From NCBI RefSeq assembly GCF_006345805.1, contig NW_021823690.1:1-21720 (forward strand): a stretch of DNA of 21,720 bases, read 5' to 3'. Source of the stretch: Octopus sinensis (Eukaryota). The translations under genes and the position numbers were made by a program. Below are positions 19,423 through 21,720 of the stretch, piece after piece (the stretch's first letter is position 1; each line of letters begins with the position of its first letter). Under the pieces are notes generated by a model. The model did no database searches. It had not been told where the DNA came from and saw only the letters and a program-made list of their open reading frames with translations.

Positions 19423-19515
19423 GAATGTTGAAATGGAAAAAAATGCCGCGAACCATTTTTCCGGTGCGGTAACGATTCTGCCAGTTCGCCGCCATAAACC
19501 TGTTATCACAATAAT
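19423..19515 (-). repeat. Inverted local duplication of 17574-17666
   Basis: Includes the non-SINE flank TTGTGATAACAGGTTTAT and copy-specific SINE variants. Confidence 0.9.
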
Positions 19516-19518
19516 AAT

Positions 19519-19567
<49 letters not shown>

Positions 19568-19673
19568 GACCAATAAATTTGCACTCTATAAAAGTATAGA
19601 GTAACCCACCAGATTTATATGAAATTGTTTTTATTATAACCGAACCTAAAAATAGATATTAATATATATATGT

Positions 19674-20001
19674 ACCCCAGAACATACTCTTTGTAAGCCT
19701 AGTATTTATTCTATCGTTCTCTTTTTACCGAACCACTAAGTGACGGGGGCGTAAACACACCAACATCGATGATGGGGAGACAAACACAGACACAAATAAC
19801 AAATACATACACATATACATATATATAAATATATACATATATATACGACGGGTTTCTTTCAGTTTCCATCTACCAAATCCACTCACAAGGCTTTGCTCGG
19901 TCCGCGGCTATAACAGAAGACACTTGTTCAAGGTACCACGTAATGGGACTGAACCCGGAACCATGTGGTTTGTAAGCAAGCTTCTTTCCACACAGTTGCT
20001 C
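19674..20001 (-). mobile_element. SINE family A, 3'-truncated
   Basis: Aligns with 6306-6601 and 3297-3463. Confidence 0.9.
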
Positions 20002-20115
20002 ATATATTTATACTATTTAAAACCGAAGGAAATCTTCACAAACTGATCCTCAGAGTTTCACGTGGTTGCTCGTCAGACAATTGTGATGATACTGAATAAA
20101 AAATTCTGTGAGTAC

Positions 20116-20192
20116 ATATAATATAATATAATATAATATAATATAATATGATATAATATAAAATAATATAACATAATATAATATAATATAAT
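20116..20192. repeat. (ATAAT)n pentanucleotide repeat
   Basis: Directly visible. Confidence 0.9.
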
Positions 20193-20520
20193 GAAGTCAC
20201 TTCAGTTCAATGAATAAAGAATTGAATTTGATTGGGTGACTGATTTCAAAAAATAACGGAGTAGATAGGCTGCTAGAGGAGGTTAAGAGAGACATGAACA
20301 ATAATTAATAATTAAATCGAAAAAAGATTTTGTGTAAAAATGAGTAAAAACTGAACTGAATATATCCAGAAATAGGAACTGCAGATAATTAAAAGGAATA
20401 ACAAGATTGCAAAATTAGGTATTTAAAAGTTGAAGTAATGAAAAAAAAATTAAAATGAAAGCTATAGATGCGAAAGTAAGTAAACATATACAAGGTGACA
20501 AATAAATATGAAGAAATGTT

Positions 20521-20557
20521 AATAATAATAATGATAATAATAATAATAATAATAATG

Positions 20558-20623
<66 letters not shown>

Positions 20624-20803
20624 TAATAATGATAATAGTCGGTTGGTCGGTATGTGTGTATGTAGGTAGGTAGGTAGGTAGGTTGGTAGGTAGGTAGGTA
20701 GGTAGGTAGGTAGGTAGGTAGGTAGGTAGGTAGGTAGTTAGGTAGGTATGCATGCATGTATCAATGTAAGTACGAACATACATACATATGTACAAAAGTA
20801 TAC

Positions 20804-20835
<32 letters not shown>

Positions 20836-20942
20836 CATACGTTCACACACACATACACAGATATATACACTCGCACATATATACACAAGTACGCACAAAC
20901 GTGCATGCATGCATTCCTGTACGTACACATACATACACTCAC
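20521..20942. repeat. (AAT)n, (TAGG)n and (CA/TA)n microsatellites
   Basis: Directly visible: (AAT)n 20521-20637, (TAGG)n ~20662-20748. Confidence 0.95.
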
Positions 20943-21720
20943 GAATCTATTGTTGTGTCGTTAAAAGTCACCTTGTGATCACAAGGACTGTAACACAAGA
21001 TAACAAGCGAATTCCAAGACATAGTTTTCAGCGAAGCAACAACGTTCACAATGGTCCTATGCCTTGCATTGTTTATTTCTAACCCTGCTTGAAATTAAAT
21101 TAGGCGTTAACTGTGAAGAACCAAAACGAAACAAAACCCATTTCGCATCTCACCGCTTCGTTCCCTTTTTTAGTATCACCCACCGCCCTTACCCCACACC
21201 GAACCCAACAGAAAGAGAACATGAAAGTACCTGTCTCATTTGTGTCTTCAGATTACCCATTGACCCCAGCCTGAAGTTTCGATTACCCCAAAATAATTTG
21301 AAGCAAAGCGCTACAAACCTAGTAGGGTAGGGTACCAATTTAGAAAAGAAACCCCCACCGCCGATTTTCGTGCCTAAATTTAGTAGATCACGGCACAAGA
21401 TACACACAAATACACACGCTCAAACACGCATACATAGACAAACACACACTTGCACACATACACTCATTTACCCATGCGCACACATACACGAAATTACTTC
21501 CAAGAGATCACGTGTCTTTTGTCTTTCTCTGTCCCCTTTTTCTTCATATTTTTGTCTTTTTCAATTCTTTTTTCTATTTTTTGCACGCTTTATTTCCTAT
21601 ACATGAGTGAACACACACACACGTGCACACAAACATTTATATATATAACACCAATATACCAATATATATATGTATGTATATACATATATATAATTATATA
21701 AACAAATATATATACATATT

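Overview
AT-rich, microsatellite-saturated eukaryotic DNA with no recognisable intact host gene. The tRNA-derived SINE families are ones I recognise from Octopus (coleoid cephalopod) genomes, so this is most likely intergenic or intronic octopus sequence; that assignment is from recognition, not a search. Nearly all ORFs in the track are microsatellite or repeat artefacts. The supportable content is as follows. (1) A 130-bp Tc1/mariner-type MITE. (2) A decayed DNA transposase (hAT/hATm-like) split into three pieces by nested insertions: a LINE 3' end, and a SINE that itself contains a Penelope-like element (PLE). (3) The PLE has a GIY-YIG C-terminal fragment, ~233-bp inverted pLTRs, a 3' tail, and in each arm a minimal hammerhead ribozyme with a compensatory U3:A8 core. 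(4) Further degenerate hammerhead-like motifs in (TA)n-embedded repeats. (5) A 132-bp-arm near-perfect palindrome. (6) About 20 full or partial SINE copies of three families, with swapped tails and head-to-tail arrays. (7) LINE 3' ends that share tails with the SINEs. (8) A non-autonomous Helitron. (9) An indel-free 40 x 15-bp GC-rich minisatellite. (10) Two locally templated duplications.
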